Assembly: GCA_963843795.1 (NCBI GenBank)
Contig: CAWJLW010000006.1
Coordinates: forward strand, 1-64,000
Source: an uncultured bacterium
GTDB lineage: Bacteria > Armatimonadota > Abditibacteriia > Abditibacteriales > Abditibacteriaceae
DNA: 64,000 nucleotides
Direction: 5' to 3'
Shown piece by piece: positions 33,318 to 43,896 of this stretch; position 1 is the first letter of the stretch, and the number at the start of each line of letters is the position of its first letter. Both the position numbers and the translations under genes were made by a program. The notes beneath the pieces were generated by a model. It was not told the origin of the DNA. It searched no databases and worked only from the letters and a program-made list of their open reading frames with translations.

Positions 33318-34570
33318 GAATCAATCACGAGAACGAAAGCGGCGAAGAAGCCAAAGCCGGTTTTGAAGCCGACTACATTCGCCTTCCCGATGACATGATG
33401 CCAGTTGTGGCCGAGCTGCCACACTCGCACGACCCGCATCCCGAAAACGCCGAAAAAACCCTGGCGGGAAAAGAGTCCACCGCCACGCTTTCGCAGTGGC
33501 AACTCATTTCGCTGCGCTTCTCCAAGCATTATTTGGCTGTCGGCTCGTTATTCCTGCTCATCGTGCTGTATTCTTTGGCGCTGTTCGCCGAAATCGCCGC
33601 GCCCTATTCGCGCGGTTGGAATAACGTGCAGATGATCTATGCGCCGCCCCAAACGCCCGCGTTCAATTTTCAGCACGGCCTGCACGTCAATCGCGTCGAG
33701 CGACAGATCGACCCCATCACGTTGAAGAACTACTATCTCAGCACTAAGGATGTGGTGCCGCTGGGATTTTTCGTGCGCGGCGAGCCTTACAAACTGTGGG
33801 GCTTGATTCCCGCCGACCGCCACTTCTTCGGTGTGCGCGATTTTGGTGCGGCCAATGCACCCGAAAAACCTGCGACCTTTTACTTCTTAGGAGCCGATAA
33901 GTATGGGCGCGATGTTTACAGTCGTCTGATTTACGGCGCGCGCATCAGCCTTTCCATCGGCATTGTTTCGATCATTGCCACCTTCCTGCTCGGAGCGACC
34001 ATCGGCGGAATTTCGGGCTACGTGGGCGGAACGACAGACACTTTTATTCAACGCGTGATTGAAGTCATCAATTCGTTTCCGCATCTGCCGCTGTGGTTGG
34101 CTTTCGCTGCCGTGTTGCCTTCGGACTGGTCGCCCATCCAAACTTATTTTGCCATTACACTGGTGTTGAGCTTGCTGGGCTGGACGGGATTGGCGCGCGT
34201 GGTGCGTGGCAAAATTCTTTCGCTGCGCGAGGAAGATTACGCTGTCGCCGCGCGTCTATTGGGCGCGAGTCATTCGCGCATCATCTTCCGCCATCTGCTG
34301 CCCGGCTTCACTTCGCACATCATCGTTAGCCTGTCGCTTTCGGTTCCCGGCATGATTTTAGGCGAGACCGCGCTGTCGTTTTTGGGCCTGGGCTTGCGCC
34401 CGCCGGTCGTGAGCTGGGGCGTGATGCTGCAGGACACGCTGAACATAGATGTCGTGGCCAACTATCCGTGGTTGCTGATGCCGGTTGTGTTCATCGTGCT
34501 GACGGTTTTAGCCTTCAACTTCTTCGGTGACGGAATGCGCGACGCCGCCGATCCTTACGCTTCCAAATGA
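33314..34570 (+). CDS. OppC/DppC-like ABC permease
   Basis: ATGA overlap; LGADKYGRDVYSR, LREEDYAVAARLLGA, ETALSFLGLG, GDGMRDAADP. Confidence 0.92.
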   Translation: MRINHENESGEEAKAGFEADYIRLPDDMMPVVAELPHSHDPHPENAEKTLAGKESTATLSQWQLISLRFSKHYLAVGSLFLLIVLYSLALFAEIAAPYSRGWNNVQMIYAPPQTPAFNFQHGLHVNRVERQIDPITLKNYYLSTKDVVPLGFFVRGEPYKLWGLIPADRHFFGVRDFGAANAPEKPATFYFLGADKYGRDVYSRLIYGARISLSIGIVSIIATFLLGATIGGISGYVGGTTDTFIQRVIEVINSFPHLPLWLAFAAVLPSDWSPIQTYFAITLVLSLLGWTGLARVVRGKILSLREEDYAVAARLLGASHSRIIFRHLLPGFTSHIIVSLSLSVPGMILGETALSFLGLGLRPPVVSWGVMLQDTLNIDVVANYPWLLMPVVFIVLTVLAFNFFGDGMRDAADPYASK

Positions 34571-35622
34571 ACAATATTGCTCTCCAAATCGAAGACCTCA
34601 AAACCTACTTTTACACTGAAGAAGGTGAAATCCCTGCCGTCAATGGCGTCGCCGTATCGCTGGAGCGCGGGAAAGTATTGGCACTTGTGGGCGAAAGCGG
34701 CTGCGGCAAAAGCGTGACGGCGTACTCGATTCTACGCCTGATTCGCCCGCCAGGAAGAATCGTCGGCGGCAAAATTCTCTTCACGTCCACAGATGGCGAA
34801 ACCATCGACATCGCGGCTCTGGACGAGAGTTCGGATGCGCTGTATCAGGTGCGCGGCGGCCACATCAGCATGATTTTCCAGGAGCCGATGACCGCTCTGA
34901 GTCCGGTTCACACCATCAACAACCAGATCAGTGAAGCGATTCTGCTGCATCAAGATGTCACGCCCAAACAAGCGCGCGAACGCGCCATCGAAATGCTGCG
35001 CAAAGTGGGCATTCCCGGCGCAGAGCGGCGCATCGACCAGTATCCGCACGAGATGAGCGGCGGCATGAGACAGCGCGTCGTTATCGCGATGGCTCTGGTT
35101 TGTAACCCGCAAGTACTTATCGCCGATGAGCCGACGACTGCCCTGGATGTGACCATTCAAGCGCAGATTCTCAAGCTGCTCAAGGAATTGCAAACTGAGC
35201 ATGGCACTTCGGTAGTTTTCATTACGCACGACTTGGGAGTGGTGGCACAGATCGCCGACGACGTGGCGGTGATGTATCTGGGCCGCGTGGTGGAAAAAGC
35301 CAGCGTGCGCCAAGCGCTGAAGTCGCCTTTGCATCCCTACACCATGGGCCTTTTGCAATCGCTGCCCGGCGTGGGGCAAAGGGGCGAGCGCTTGTCGGCG
35401 ATTCAGGGCAGTGTTCCGTCGCTAAGCCGCATTCCGCCCGGCTGCCCATTTCACCCGCGCTGCCCGCACGCTGTTCCGGGACGTTGCGATGTCGGCGCCC
35501 CGCCCGCCCTGCGCTTCTTTTCCGGTGAGCGTCAGGCGGCTTGCGTGCGCGTCGAAGAAATTCATCCCGGCGTGCACGAAGAAGCAACAGAAGAATCAAC
35601 AATTGCGGCAAAAATTCTATGA
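34567..35622 (+). CDS. OppD/DppD-like ABC ATPase
   Basis: [34 protein letters not shown]. Confidence 0.95.
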   Translation: MNNIALQIEDLKTYFYTEEGEIPAVNGVAVSLERGKVLALVGESGCGKSVTAYSILRLIRPPGRIVGGKILFTSTDGETIDIAALDESSDALYQVRGGHISMIFQEPMTALSPVHTINNQISEAILLHQDVTPKQARERAIEMLRKVGIPGAERRIDQYPHEMSGGMRQRVVIAMALVCNPQVLIADEPTTALDVTIQAQILKLLKELQTEHGTSVVFITHDLGVVAQIADDVAVMYLGRVVEKASVRQALKSPLHPYTMGLLQSLPGVGQRGERLSAIQGSVPSLSRIPPGCPFHPRCPHAVPGRCDVGAPPALRFFSGERQAACVRVEEIHPGVHEEATEESTIAAKIL

Positions 35623-36638
35623 CAACACACGAACCCCTTTTGGAAGTCCGCGATTTGTGCAAGCATTTTCCTATTATGAGCAAGGGCTTTGCTCGACGCA
35701 AAATCGGCGCGGTGAAAGCTGTTGATGGCGTCAGTTTCGACCTGAGGCGCGGTGAAACTCTGGGTTTGGTAGGCGAAAGCGGATCGGGCAAAACGACCTG
35801 CGCGCGCGCCATTCTGCGCGCTTTGGCTCCGACCAGCGGCCAAGCCTTGTTCCACTTCGATGGCAAAACAGTTGATCTCGTATCCCTGCCGGAAAGGGAG
35901 TTGAAGCCGCTGCGGCAGAAGATGCAGATGATCTTTCAAGATCCGTTCTCTTCGCTCAATCCGCGCATGACGGTAGGCGACATCGTGGCCGAACCTCTGG
36001 TCATACATAAACTCGCACAGGGCCAGGAATTGGAAGACCGCGTGGTCGAAATGCTGGTCAAAGTGGGCCTCAAGCCCGAACACCGTCAGCGCTATCCGCA
36101 CGCCTTTAGCGGCGGACAGCGTCAGCGCATCGGCATCGCGCGCGCGCTGATTATGAAGCCCTCACTTGTGGTGGCCGATGAAGCGGTTTCGGCCCTCGAT
36201 GTTTCGGTACAGGCGCAAGTCATCAATCTGTTGGCCGACTTGCAGGAAGAGTTGGGCCTGACCTACATTTTCGTGGCGCACGATTTAAGTGTAGTGCAGC
36301 ATATCTGCGACCGTGTGGCTGTGATGTATGCCGGTAAAATCGTCGAACTGGCCGAGAGCGCCGAACTGTTCAATAATCCGCGCCACCCCTATACGCAGGC
36401 CTTGCTTTCAGCGATTCCCAATATCGATCCCGACGTCAAAATGAACTTCGGTATCGGCGGCGAAGTAGCCGACGCCGGAAACCTGCCGCCCGGTTGCAGC
36501 TTTCATCCGCGCTGTCCGCACCGCTTCGAGCCGTGCGACAAAATTGTGCCCTGGCTAAAGCCGATTCCTGATGCCGATTGCCGCGTCTCTTGCCACCTTT
36601 ACACCCCCGAAGAAAAGAGCGCCGTGCCCGAATTGTAA
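35619..36638 (+). CDS. OppF/DppF-like ABC ATPase
   Basis: [34 protein letters not shown]. Confidence 0.95.
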   Translation: MTTHEPLLEVRDLCKHFPIMSKGFARRKIGAVKAVDGVSFDLRRGETLGLVGESGSGKTTCARAILRALAPTSGQALFHFDGKTVDLVSLPERELKPLRQKMQMIFQDPFSSLNPRMTVGDIVAEPLVIHKLAQGQELEDRVVEMLVKVGLKPEHRQRYPHAFSGGQRQRIGIARALIMKPSLVVADEAVSALDVSVQAQVINLLADLQEELGLTYIFVAHDLSVVQHICDRVAVMYAGKIVELAESAELFNNPRHPYTQALLSAIPNIDPDVKMNFGIGGEVADAGNLPPGCSFHPRCPHRFEPCDKIVPWLKPIPDADCRVSCHLYTPEEKSAVPEL

Positions 36639-36849
36639 AGGCTCTGTGAAATGCTTTCTGAACTCAATTTATCTCATTAAACTGTCGACTCCAATTGAGG
36701 CACAATGCAGCAGTCTAATGCAGCAGTCTCTGGATGCGACGGGCCTAAAAAGCCTGATAAGCGTAAAAAGACGTGTTGGCTTGGGCCAAGTCAAGCTCCT
36801 TGATCCAGGTGTTGCGCCGGCTCTTGCGGCTCATACTGCACACGATGCC

Positions 36850-37131
36850 ATCAGCTTGAAGCTGTTTTTTACTGAACCGAGCAAACCAGTCCAGAACGCG
36901 CACCTGCCCAATGGCGCCCAAAAGCTTCAATGGCAAGTGGAGGAACGAGTGCTTGAATCTGGAATGGTTCACCAGCTTACGCGAAGCTCAAACCGTTATT
37001 GAACAGGGGCGCCAGGAATACAACCAATTCCAGCCTCGTAGCGCGCTGGGTAATCTGCCGCCCGAAATTTGGCAGCAAAAACAAGCCGAAATTTCTACAT
37101 TGTAAGTGGGATTAACTTGGGTAGCAGATCA
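36850..37131 (+). mobile_element. IS3-family (IS407-like) transposase C-terminal remnant with right end
   Basis: EPSKPVQNAH, SFNGKWRNECLNLEWFTSLREAQ, YNQFQPRSALGNLPP; terminus ...GGTAGCAGATCA. Confidence 0.85.
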
Positions 37132-37368
37132 CGGCCAAGAGCACACAAGCGGGTGACAAATCAGAAGAGGACAAAACCCCTGCCAAAGTCGTCAGTGCAT
37201 AAGGCTAAGGCTTTCAAGAAGTCAATCTCGTAGAAGTTGATCCCATAAGTTCCTGTTTGGAAACGACCGTCTGCCCGGCGGTCGTTTTTGCGTCTGACGA
37301 GTAGGGATGAGACAAGTAGGGTTGAGTGGTGGCGGTTGAATGACTCTCTTTTTTAGCCAGTGGCCTGT

Positions 37369-37923
37369 TTAGTCAGTGGCCTGCAAGACAAAGTCGCTGA
37401 AGGTGACCGAAAAACCGTCACCATCTGGAGCCGCACACATCATGCCCACTTGGACCGGCAACTCTGGTGGAAGATACGCCATCCGCAGCATCGTCCATTG
37501 CACCTTATCCAGTGAATAACGAATCTCAATGGCATCGTGGTGACGGTCAATCTGCAGGGTCAGCTCAGCAGGGTTGCTGGCCAGGGGGACCATGGACCAG
37601 TCCGAGTAGTCGCGTGTGACCACAGCACTCACATGCTGCACTCCATCCACATACTCAATGCCTGACTTGATCCAGGTCATTGTGTCGTGCCATACAATCA
37701 AACCCGCTTGGTCATATTGCTGATGGTACTGGCCGTGAATGCCGACAGTGCAGCGGAAGTTACCGTTCATCTGCTGGGCATAGAAGTGACCATTGTCACG
37801 GATGAATCCGTAGTGGGTGGTGCGCCAGAAGTCGGTTTTGCTCTCAGCTATCACGTGAAGTTTGTCGTTGTCGACTTTCCATTGAGTTGGCTTGTTATAC
37901 CACTGCATCGTGTAACCCTGCAT
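37369..37923 (-). CDS. DUF1349 family protein (ConA-like beta-sandwich)
   Basis: TDFWRTTHYGFIRDNGH, YDQAGL, WIKSGIE, SAVVTRDYSDWS, VGMMCAAP. Confidence 0.88.
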   Translation of the reverse strand: MQGYTMQWYNKPTQWKVDNDKLHVIAESKTDFWRTTHYGFIRDNGHFYAQQMNGNFRCTVGIHGQYHQQYDQAGLIVWHDTMTWIKSGIEYVDGVQHVSAVVTRDYSDWSMVPLASNPAELTLQIDRHHDAIEIRYSLDKVQWTMLRMAYLPPELPVQVGMMCAAPDGDGFSVTFSDFVLQATD

Positions 37924-38069
37924 GCTGAACTCCTTTCCCTGTTCGCAATAGTATGAACCCATGAGTGCTCAAAATGCCCGTGAGTGTCAGAGACCTCGCG
38001 GAATTTGACCTTCTCCGCAATCCGTTTTCAGGGACCGTTTCGCGAGCGTTGATGGTGGCCAAAAACATC

Positions 38070-38354
38070 CCCTCTTGAATAGGAAGCTTGGCTACCATTC
38101 ATCAACAGCCGCTGCGTCGAATGGATGCAGCGGCCGTGCAAGTACTTGCACGGAACCTTTCTTAAAATTGTTGATACTGCTCAATGTCTGCGCATATGCA
38201 AGCCATGTTAAAGTCAGCTTATAGCCCTATTTTAGGGAATCAACTCGAAATTTACCTTGAAGAACCAAAAGTCTGATTAGTAAAAGCAACACCAAGTCCT
38301 GTTTTTTCTTATCTGTTGGCTTTCCAGGTTCGGGAGAAATTGATAGCTTTCTCC
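38070..38354. repeat. Dispersed repeat copy A (hairpin + GCAAGTACTTGC palindrome + 155-bp conserved block)
   Basis: 38200-38354 aligns without gaps to 56055-56209 (115/155 identical by hand count). Confidence 0.8.
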
Positions 38355-38413
38355 TGAACTGCTCCCATTGTTCGATACAAAGCAAGATTAGGATTTGAGT
38401 TTACCCGTCGTTG

Positions 38414-38860
38414 TCATTGATTTGCTCGGCAAACTGAGCTGGCGGAATATATCCCCTGCCCAAAGGGCGCCCGCGAGTGAGACCGTTGCTGATTGTAATA
38501 GCGGCGAAACAGGTTGAGTTTCATCCTAGCATCGGCCAAGTTATGAAAAACTTCGGCATCCAAACATTCGGCTCGCAGCTGAGCCATGAAGCTTTCGGGC
38601 GCCCTTGTATGGTTTGATTGGTGGTCCAGCTTGGCTAAACAAAGTCTGGGCGCCTTTGCTTTGAGCATGTGTGCGTTCTGAACTGGTTTGCCCGGTTCGA
38701 TGAAGAACAGCTTCACGCGATTCTTGTAAGCCCAAGCGTCCAGTGCATGTCCTGTGAACTCCGGACCACTATCAGTTTGAATCACCACTGGAAGCCCTCT
38801 CGTTTCCTTTAAGCGTTCCAAAAATCGCACCACGCGCTCGCCATTCAAGCTGGTATCCAC
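38414..38860 (-). mobile_element. IS3-family transposase remnant
   Basis: DTSLNGERVVRFLE, RGLPVVIQTDSGPEF, IEPGKPVQNA, ECLDAEVF, YNQQRSHS. Confidence 0.88.
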
Positions 38861-39088
38861 AAAACACCGCGCCCTTCCCGGCAGCGTTTTGACGCCGCGC
38901 CAGCCGCACAAGCGACATGCCACAGCGCACAGGCCGAGGCCCGAACCGGGATAAAGCAAACCGGCCAGCAGTACGGGGAAACTTCGCCCAGCAGCAGCTT
39001 GGCAAAGGGCGTGCTGGCGCCAAAGGGCGCCGCCGCGAACGCCGCGCCGATGCCGGTTGGGAAAGAGCCTTAGGGGAAACTTTTCGGT

Positions 39089-40129
39089 TCAGCCCATCAT
39101 CATAGGTTGCGGCTTGCCCAACACGTTCAGCGCGCGGCGAAAGCCCTGCGCCAAAGTACTGGCCGGGCCACGTCCATAATAGTGCAGAAACATTATGCGC
39201 GGCTGCTCGCCAATCATGTGGTTGTGAACCGCCACCACTTCGATATTCGCGGCTCGCAGCGCCCTGATGACGGAATTGAGTTCACCTGGCACCATGGCGA
39301 AATCGCCCGCGATATGCGCCGCGTCGGACGTGCCTGCGAAGGAGGCCCAGGTGTTCAAGCCGATGCTCTTGGTGAGGTGCGCGCCCATTGCCATGACGGT
39401 GAGATCATCGCGTCCGATGGTGTATTTGTAAGTCGGGCCGTTAACAGTGCCTATAGCGCCGATAATTTTATCCAGCGCGGGGAGATCGAAGAGTTCCTTG
39501 CCGGTGCGCGGTGGAGTCCCCGATGGTGGCCCTGCCGGTGACTGATTGGCCGGAAGCAGTTTGGTGGCACTGATGGCTCGCGCATAGCGGCGCGACACGT
39601 CGGCCACCTCGCCCATGCCATGAACGTGCATATAAAAGATGCGCGGCTCTTCGTAGAAGAAGTGGTTGTGGATGGCGCTCACTTCCAGCCCGTTGGCGTG
39701 TGCGGCGGAAATCAGCGGGTTGACTTCTTCTTGCAGCAAAACTGTGTCGCTCATCAAGACCGCTGATTTGTTATCTATGGTCTTCTTGACCGACACCCAG
39801 CCGCCAAAACCGAACGGAATCGGCACCGCTTCGCCTTTAATGCTCATTTTTAAGTCGTTGCGCGGTAAGGGAACAGTGTAAACGCCTTCGACCTCGACCC
39901 AAGACCCCTTCTTGCCCAATGCGGCCTCTATCGCCGCCATTTCGTTCGGGGTTAGCGGCGGAGTGACGATCTTCAAGGCTCGGCCTGGCATCACTCCGCC
40001 TTGAGTCGGCGCGCGCTCTGCCGCCAGGTGATAGTCGGCTTTGGCGAGTCCAAGACCAGTAACGCCCGCTGCTCCTACCAGAGCAGTTGAGCGCAACAAT
40101 TCGCGGCGACTCATGTTTTTTTCGTTCAT
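39089..40129 (-). CDS. Tat-exported DUF1259 (LppY/LpqO-like) tandem-domain protein
   Basis: SRRELL Tat motif; two copies of the A(I/V)HNH...EPRI-(F/M)-x-H motif. Confidence 0.85.
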   Translation of the reverse strand: MNEKNMSRRELLRSTALVGAAGVTGLGLAKADYHLAAERAPTQGGVMPGRALKIVTPPLTPNEMAAIEAALGKKGSWVEVEGVYTVPLPRNDLKMSIKGEAVPIPFGFGGWVSVKKTIDNKSAVLMSDTVLLQEEVNPLISAAHANGLEVSAIHNHFFYEEPRIFYMHVHGMGEVADVSRRYARAISATKLLPANQSPAGPPSGTPPRTGKELFDLPALDKIIGAIGTVNGPTYKYTIGRDDLTVMAMGAHLTKSIGLNTWASFAGTSDAAHIAGDFAMVPGELNSVIRALRAANIEVVAVHNHMIGEQPRIMFLHYYGRGPASTLAQGFRRALNVLGKPQPMMMG

Positions 40130-40473
40130 CGTTTTCTCCTTGTTGCTTCCCAATGATCACTTTAGGTCCCTGTTTCAGCGCGTGCTATCCAGAGGTCTTG
40201 AGCATGCTTCCTCGACTACTGACCAACCAACTTTTCGACTCTCCGATGTCAGGGATCTCACTTTGTTGCCAACACCCCGATTTGGACACTGGCGGCATGG
40301 TTCAGGATAGGGCCACACTCACCTGCCAACTCTATGCTGTGCGCCCGCCGCTTCGTCGGCACCCTGCTTGACGTGACCTCACTTCAACCACTCCGCATAG
40401 AATCAATTCGTTGAGGCGAGTGAGTCTGCTTGAACAGTGGTTTCTTCAAAGATTCGAAGTCAGTAGCGCCTCG

Positions 40474-43212
40474 CTACTTCACTTCGACAACGGCCTTCTG
40501 GCGCACATCATCCGAAGCGCCGCCCACTTGCAGTTCGTAGCGTCCCTTGGCGACCACGTAAGCGCCCTTCTTCTCGTCCCACAAGCGCAGGCGCGAGGCC
40601 GGAAAGCTCAGGTCAACCGTCGTATTGGCGCCTCGCGCTACCGGAACCCGTCTAAAGGAAACCAGGGTATGCAAGGGCGAGCGGGCGTTGCCGGCACCCA
40701 ATCGGCGCGCGTAGAGCTGCACGACCTCGGCCCCATCGCGCATTCCTTTATTGCTCACTAGAACTCGCACGCTGATTGGGCCACTTGCACTCGCATTACG
40801 GGCCGCCCGCAACGGGCCATAACTCCATGTCGTGTAGCTCAAGCCGTGCCCGAAAGCCCACTGCGCCTGGCCGCCGAAGTAGCGGTAGGTACGATTTTTC
40901 ATGCTGTAATCTTCAAAGGCGGGCAGGTCGCTTGTGGCGCGGTAGAACGTCACCGGCAGGCGGCCTGAGGGGTTGGATTCGCCAAACAGCGTCTGAGCCA
41001 CCGCTGTTCCTCCCGACTGGCCTGGATACCAGACTTGCAGGATGGCCCCGACATTGGCGGCCTCCCACGGCATCGCGACCGCGCCGCCGCTGCAGTTGAC
41101 GAAGACCAGCGGCTTGCCCGTCGCCTGGAGCGCCTGGAGCAAGTGCGTCTGGATGGCGGGCAGCTCGATCTGGGTGCGGTCGCCGCCGCTGAAGCCCTCG
41201 AAGCTGACTCGCATCTCCTCGCCTTCGAGTTGCGGACTCAGCCCGCCCACGTAAATCACCGCGTCCGCTTGGCGCGCTGCGTCCAGAGCAGCCACGAAAT
41301 CAGGCGCGTTCTCGTCAATGGCCTCGCCCGGACGCAGCGCCAGCGCGCAACCACGCGCGGTGATGATGCGCGTGTTCTGGCCCAGATGGTCGCGTAGGCC
41401 CTGTAGAACCGTAATGGGATGGGACGGCTCGCCGTTGTAGTTGCCCAGCAGCACGCTCCGTGCGTCGGCGTTGGCACCAATCACAGCCAGCGTTTTGATC
41501 TTGGCCCGTTCCAGTGGCAGCACGCCGTCGTTCTTGAGCAGCACCAGCGCTTCGCGCGCGGTCTGCAGCGCGACCTGTGCGTGCGCGGGCGTGTCGTTTT
41601 CGCTGGCGGGGATGCGGGCGTAAGCCGAAGTACTGGGGCCATCGAAGAGACCCAGGGCAAGGCGCACGTCCAACACACGACGCAGCGCGCGGTCAATTTC
41701 GGGTTCGGTAATCAAACCCTGCTTGACTGCCGCAATCAGATGCGAATAGGAGGCGCCGCACTCCAGGTCGGTGCCCGCTTTGATGGACAGACTGGCGGCT
41801 TCCTCAAAATTCTGGGCGTACTTGTGTCCCTGCGACACGTCGTTGATGGCACCACAATCCGAGACCACGTGCCCCGTGAAGCCCCATTTGTCGCGCAGAA
41901 TGTTTTGCAGCAAGAAGGTGTTCGCCGGGGCCGGCACGCCGTTGATGGCGTTATAAGCGCTCATCACCGAAGCCACTTTGGCCTCGCGCACCGCGGCCTC
42001 GAAAGCGGGCAGATAGGTGTTGTAAAGGTCGGTCTGTGAAGGCAGAGCGTTGAAGCTGTGCCGGCTCGACTCAGGCCCAGAGTGAACCGCGAAGTGCTTG
42101 GCGCAGGCGGCGGTCTTCAGCGTGTTCGGGTTGTTGCCTTGAAGGCCGGTGATGAAAGCCACGCCAAAGCGCGAGGTCAGGAAGGGGTCTTCTCCGTAAG
42201 TCTCCTGGCCGCGCCCCCAGCGCGGGTCGCGGTAGATGTTGATGTTGGGCGTCCAGAAGGTCAGCCCGTGATAGATGCTGAAGTCGCCTCGCGCCTGCGC
42301 CTCGGCATACTTGGCGCGCGCTTCGGTCGAGACTACATCCGCAACGCTGTGGATGAGCGTGGTGTCCCAGGTCGCCGCCATGCCGATGGCCTGCGGGAAC
42401 ACCGTCGCGGTGCCCGCGCGCGCCACACCATGCAGAGCCTCGTTCCAGTAGTTGTAGCGCGGCACCTTCAAGCGCTCGATGGCCGGGGCGTCGTTTTGCA
42501 ACTGGGCCACCTTCTCGGAAAGTGCCATGCGCGAGATCAGATCGTTGACGCGCGCGAGGCGTGGCCGCCGCGCGTCAAGGTAGATCGGGGCGGTCTTCAC
42601 GGTGGGAATCGCAGTGGCAAAAGCGGTTTCCTGCTCCTCGATTTGCGCGGCCGTCGCGCCTGCAAGTACTTGCCCATCGGCGTCCAGGATGCGAATCGCG
42701 TTGAACTTCGCTTTGTCGGCCTTGGCTGTGAACGAGATGGTGAGCGGCCCCTGCGCGTCGCCGCGATGCTCGACGCTTCCGATCACGCGCGTCGCCTTGC
42801 CCCGTCCGCCCGCTGCGGCGAAGATGTCGTAGTTCTCGGCCAGCCTCTGCGTGCCCACGGCGATGTCCATCACGCGCGCTCCGACAGCTTGCTGATACTG
42901 CTCAGCCAAGTCGATTTCAACCGTGTACTTGCCTGCGGGCAAGCCGGAGATGGCCACCGAGAAGGCGGAGCCGTAGATTTCCTTCTTAAACCAGTCGGGA
43001 GGGAAAACGCCCGCGTCTTGGAGCGGGGCGGCGGTCGTGTAGTAGGCGAAGTCGCCGCGCACCGTGATGCTGGTTCCGGTGCAGCAAGGCATTTCTGAAG
43101 TGGGCGCTACAGGTGGTACAGGCGCCACAGGCGGCAGAGGCGCGGCGTGGATGAGCGGAGCCAGGCTGAGGCAAGCCGCGGTGGTCAAGAGAGCTAAGGG
43201 TTTGAAATTCAT
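40474..43212 (-). CDS. Second malectin-GH3-Fn3 beta-glycosidase, secreted
   Basis: YDIFAAAGG, WNEALHG, GLTFWTPNINIYRDPRWGRGQETYGEDP, KHFAVH, VVSDCGA; intact ORF. Confidence 0.93.
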   Translation of the reverse strand: MNFKPLALLTTAACLSLAPLIHAAPLPPVAPVPPVAPTSEMPCCTGTSITVRGDFAYYTTAAPLQDAGVFPPDWFKKEIYGSAFSVAISGLPAGKYTVEIDLAEQYQQAVGARVMDIAVGTQRLAENYDIFAAAGGRGKATRVIGSVEHRGDAQGPLTISFTAKADKAKFNAIRILDADGQVLAGATAAQIEEQETAFATAIPTVKTAPIYLDARRPRLARVNDLISRMALSEKVAQLQNDAPAIERLKVPRYNYWNEALHGVARAGTATVFPQAIGMAATWDTTLIHSVADVVSTEARAKYAEAQARGDFSIYHGLTFWTPNINIYRDPRWGRGQETYGEDPFLTSRFGVAFITGLQGNNPNTLKTAACAKHFAVHSGPESSRHSFNALPSQTDLYNTYLPAFEAAVREAKVASVMSAYNAINGVPAPANTFLLQNILRDKWGFTGHVVSDCGAINDVSQGHKYAQNFEEAASLSIKAGTDLECGASYSHLIAAVKQGLITEPEIDRALRRVLDVRLALGLFDGPSTSAYARIPASENDTPAHAQVALQTAREALVLLKNDGVLPLERAKIKTLAVIGANADARSVLLGNYNGEPSHPITVLQGLRDHLGQNTRIITARGCALALRPGEAIDENAPDFVAALDAARQADAVIYVGGLSPQLEGEEMRVSFEGFSGGDRTQIELPAIQTHLLQALQATGKPLVFVNCSGGAVAMPWEAANVGAILQVWYPGQSGGTAVAQTLFGESNPSGRLPVTFYRATSDLPAFEDYSMKNRTYRYFGGQAQWAFGHGLSYTTWSYGPLRAARNASASGPISVRVLVSNKGMRDGAEVVQLYARRLGAGNARSPLHTLVSFRRVPVARGANTTVDLSFPASRLRLWDEKKGAYVVAKGRYELQVGGASDDVRQKAVVEVK

Positions 43213-43347
43213 AAAGTCACGCAAAAAGACTGTGTAGGAATAATAGATTCTACATCGCTCGAGTCGGATGTCGCGCAAACGAGTTGGGTGTCCCGCAAAG
43301 ATTATTTTCTCTCAGCGCACAACCAGTGCCCAGCCCATCGGAAGTCG

Positions 43348-43602
43348 TCAGTAGACCCGGTATCGTGTGGATATAGTTTTTGCCGAGTTTTCGTTGACGC
43401 GACACAATCCTGCCAGCAAAGCCAATTGAGTGAGACGGAATTTCTCCTGTTCCCATGATTTTGTTGAACGCTCCTGAATCAGAACTAGATGCTGGCTCAT
43501 ATGAATGCTTTCCAAGTGTTTCGCGGTGGCCGAAGCGAGTGAACTCGCCTTTATCAAGAAGGGCGCCAGCCTTTGCGCGTCACTGAAATCCAAAAACCAC
43601 AC
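43348..43602 (-). pseudogene. Possible AraC-family regulator fragment
   Basis: Weak resemblance: SSLASATAKHL...FRLTQLALLAGL. Confidence 0.3.
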
Positions 43603-43896
43603 TTACCGGAGTCAAGATTGCGATGCAGGTTGCGATGAACGCTGTCCGATAAATTGTGGGTGCGTTCAATAATCTGTAAACCTTCGGCAGAAAAAGTGAC
43701 ATGCATCCCAAGTTCATCCTGACCTGCTTCCTAAGTTCATCTCACTTGAGCATAGAGAATCTGTACTGATTGACCTTGTATGCGGACGCTGAACTCATAG
43801 ACGCTCAGTTCCAAAGTCAATTGGCCTATAATCACAGGCAGGCTCTTTTGAACCATCCGGGTGATAGAGTCGAGGCTCGCACTTTTTACAAACACT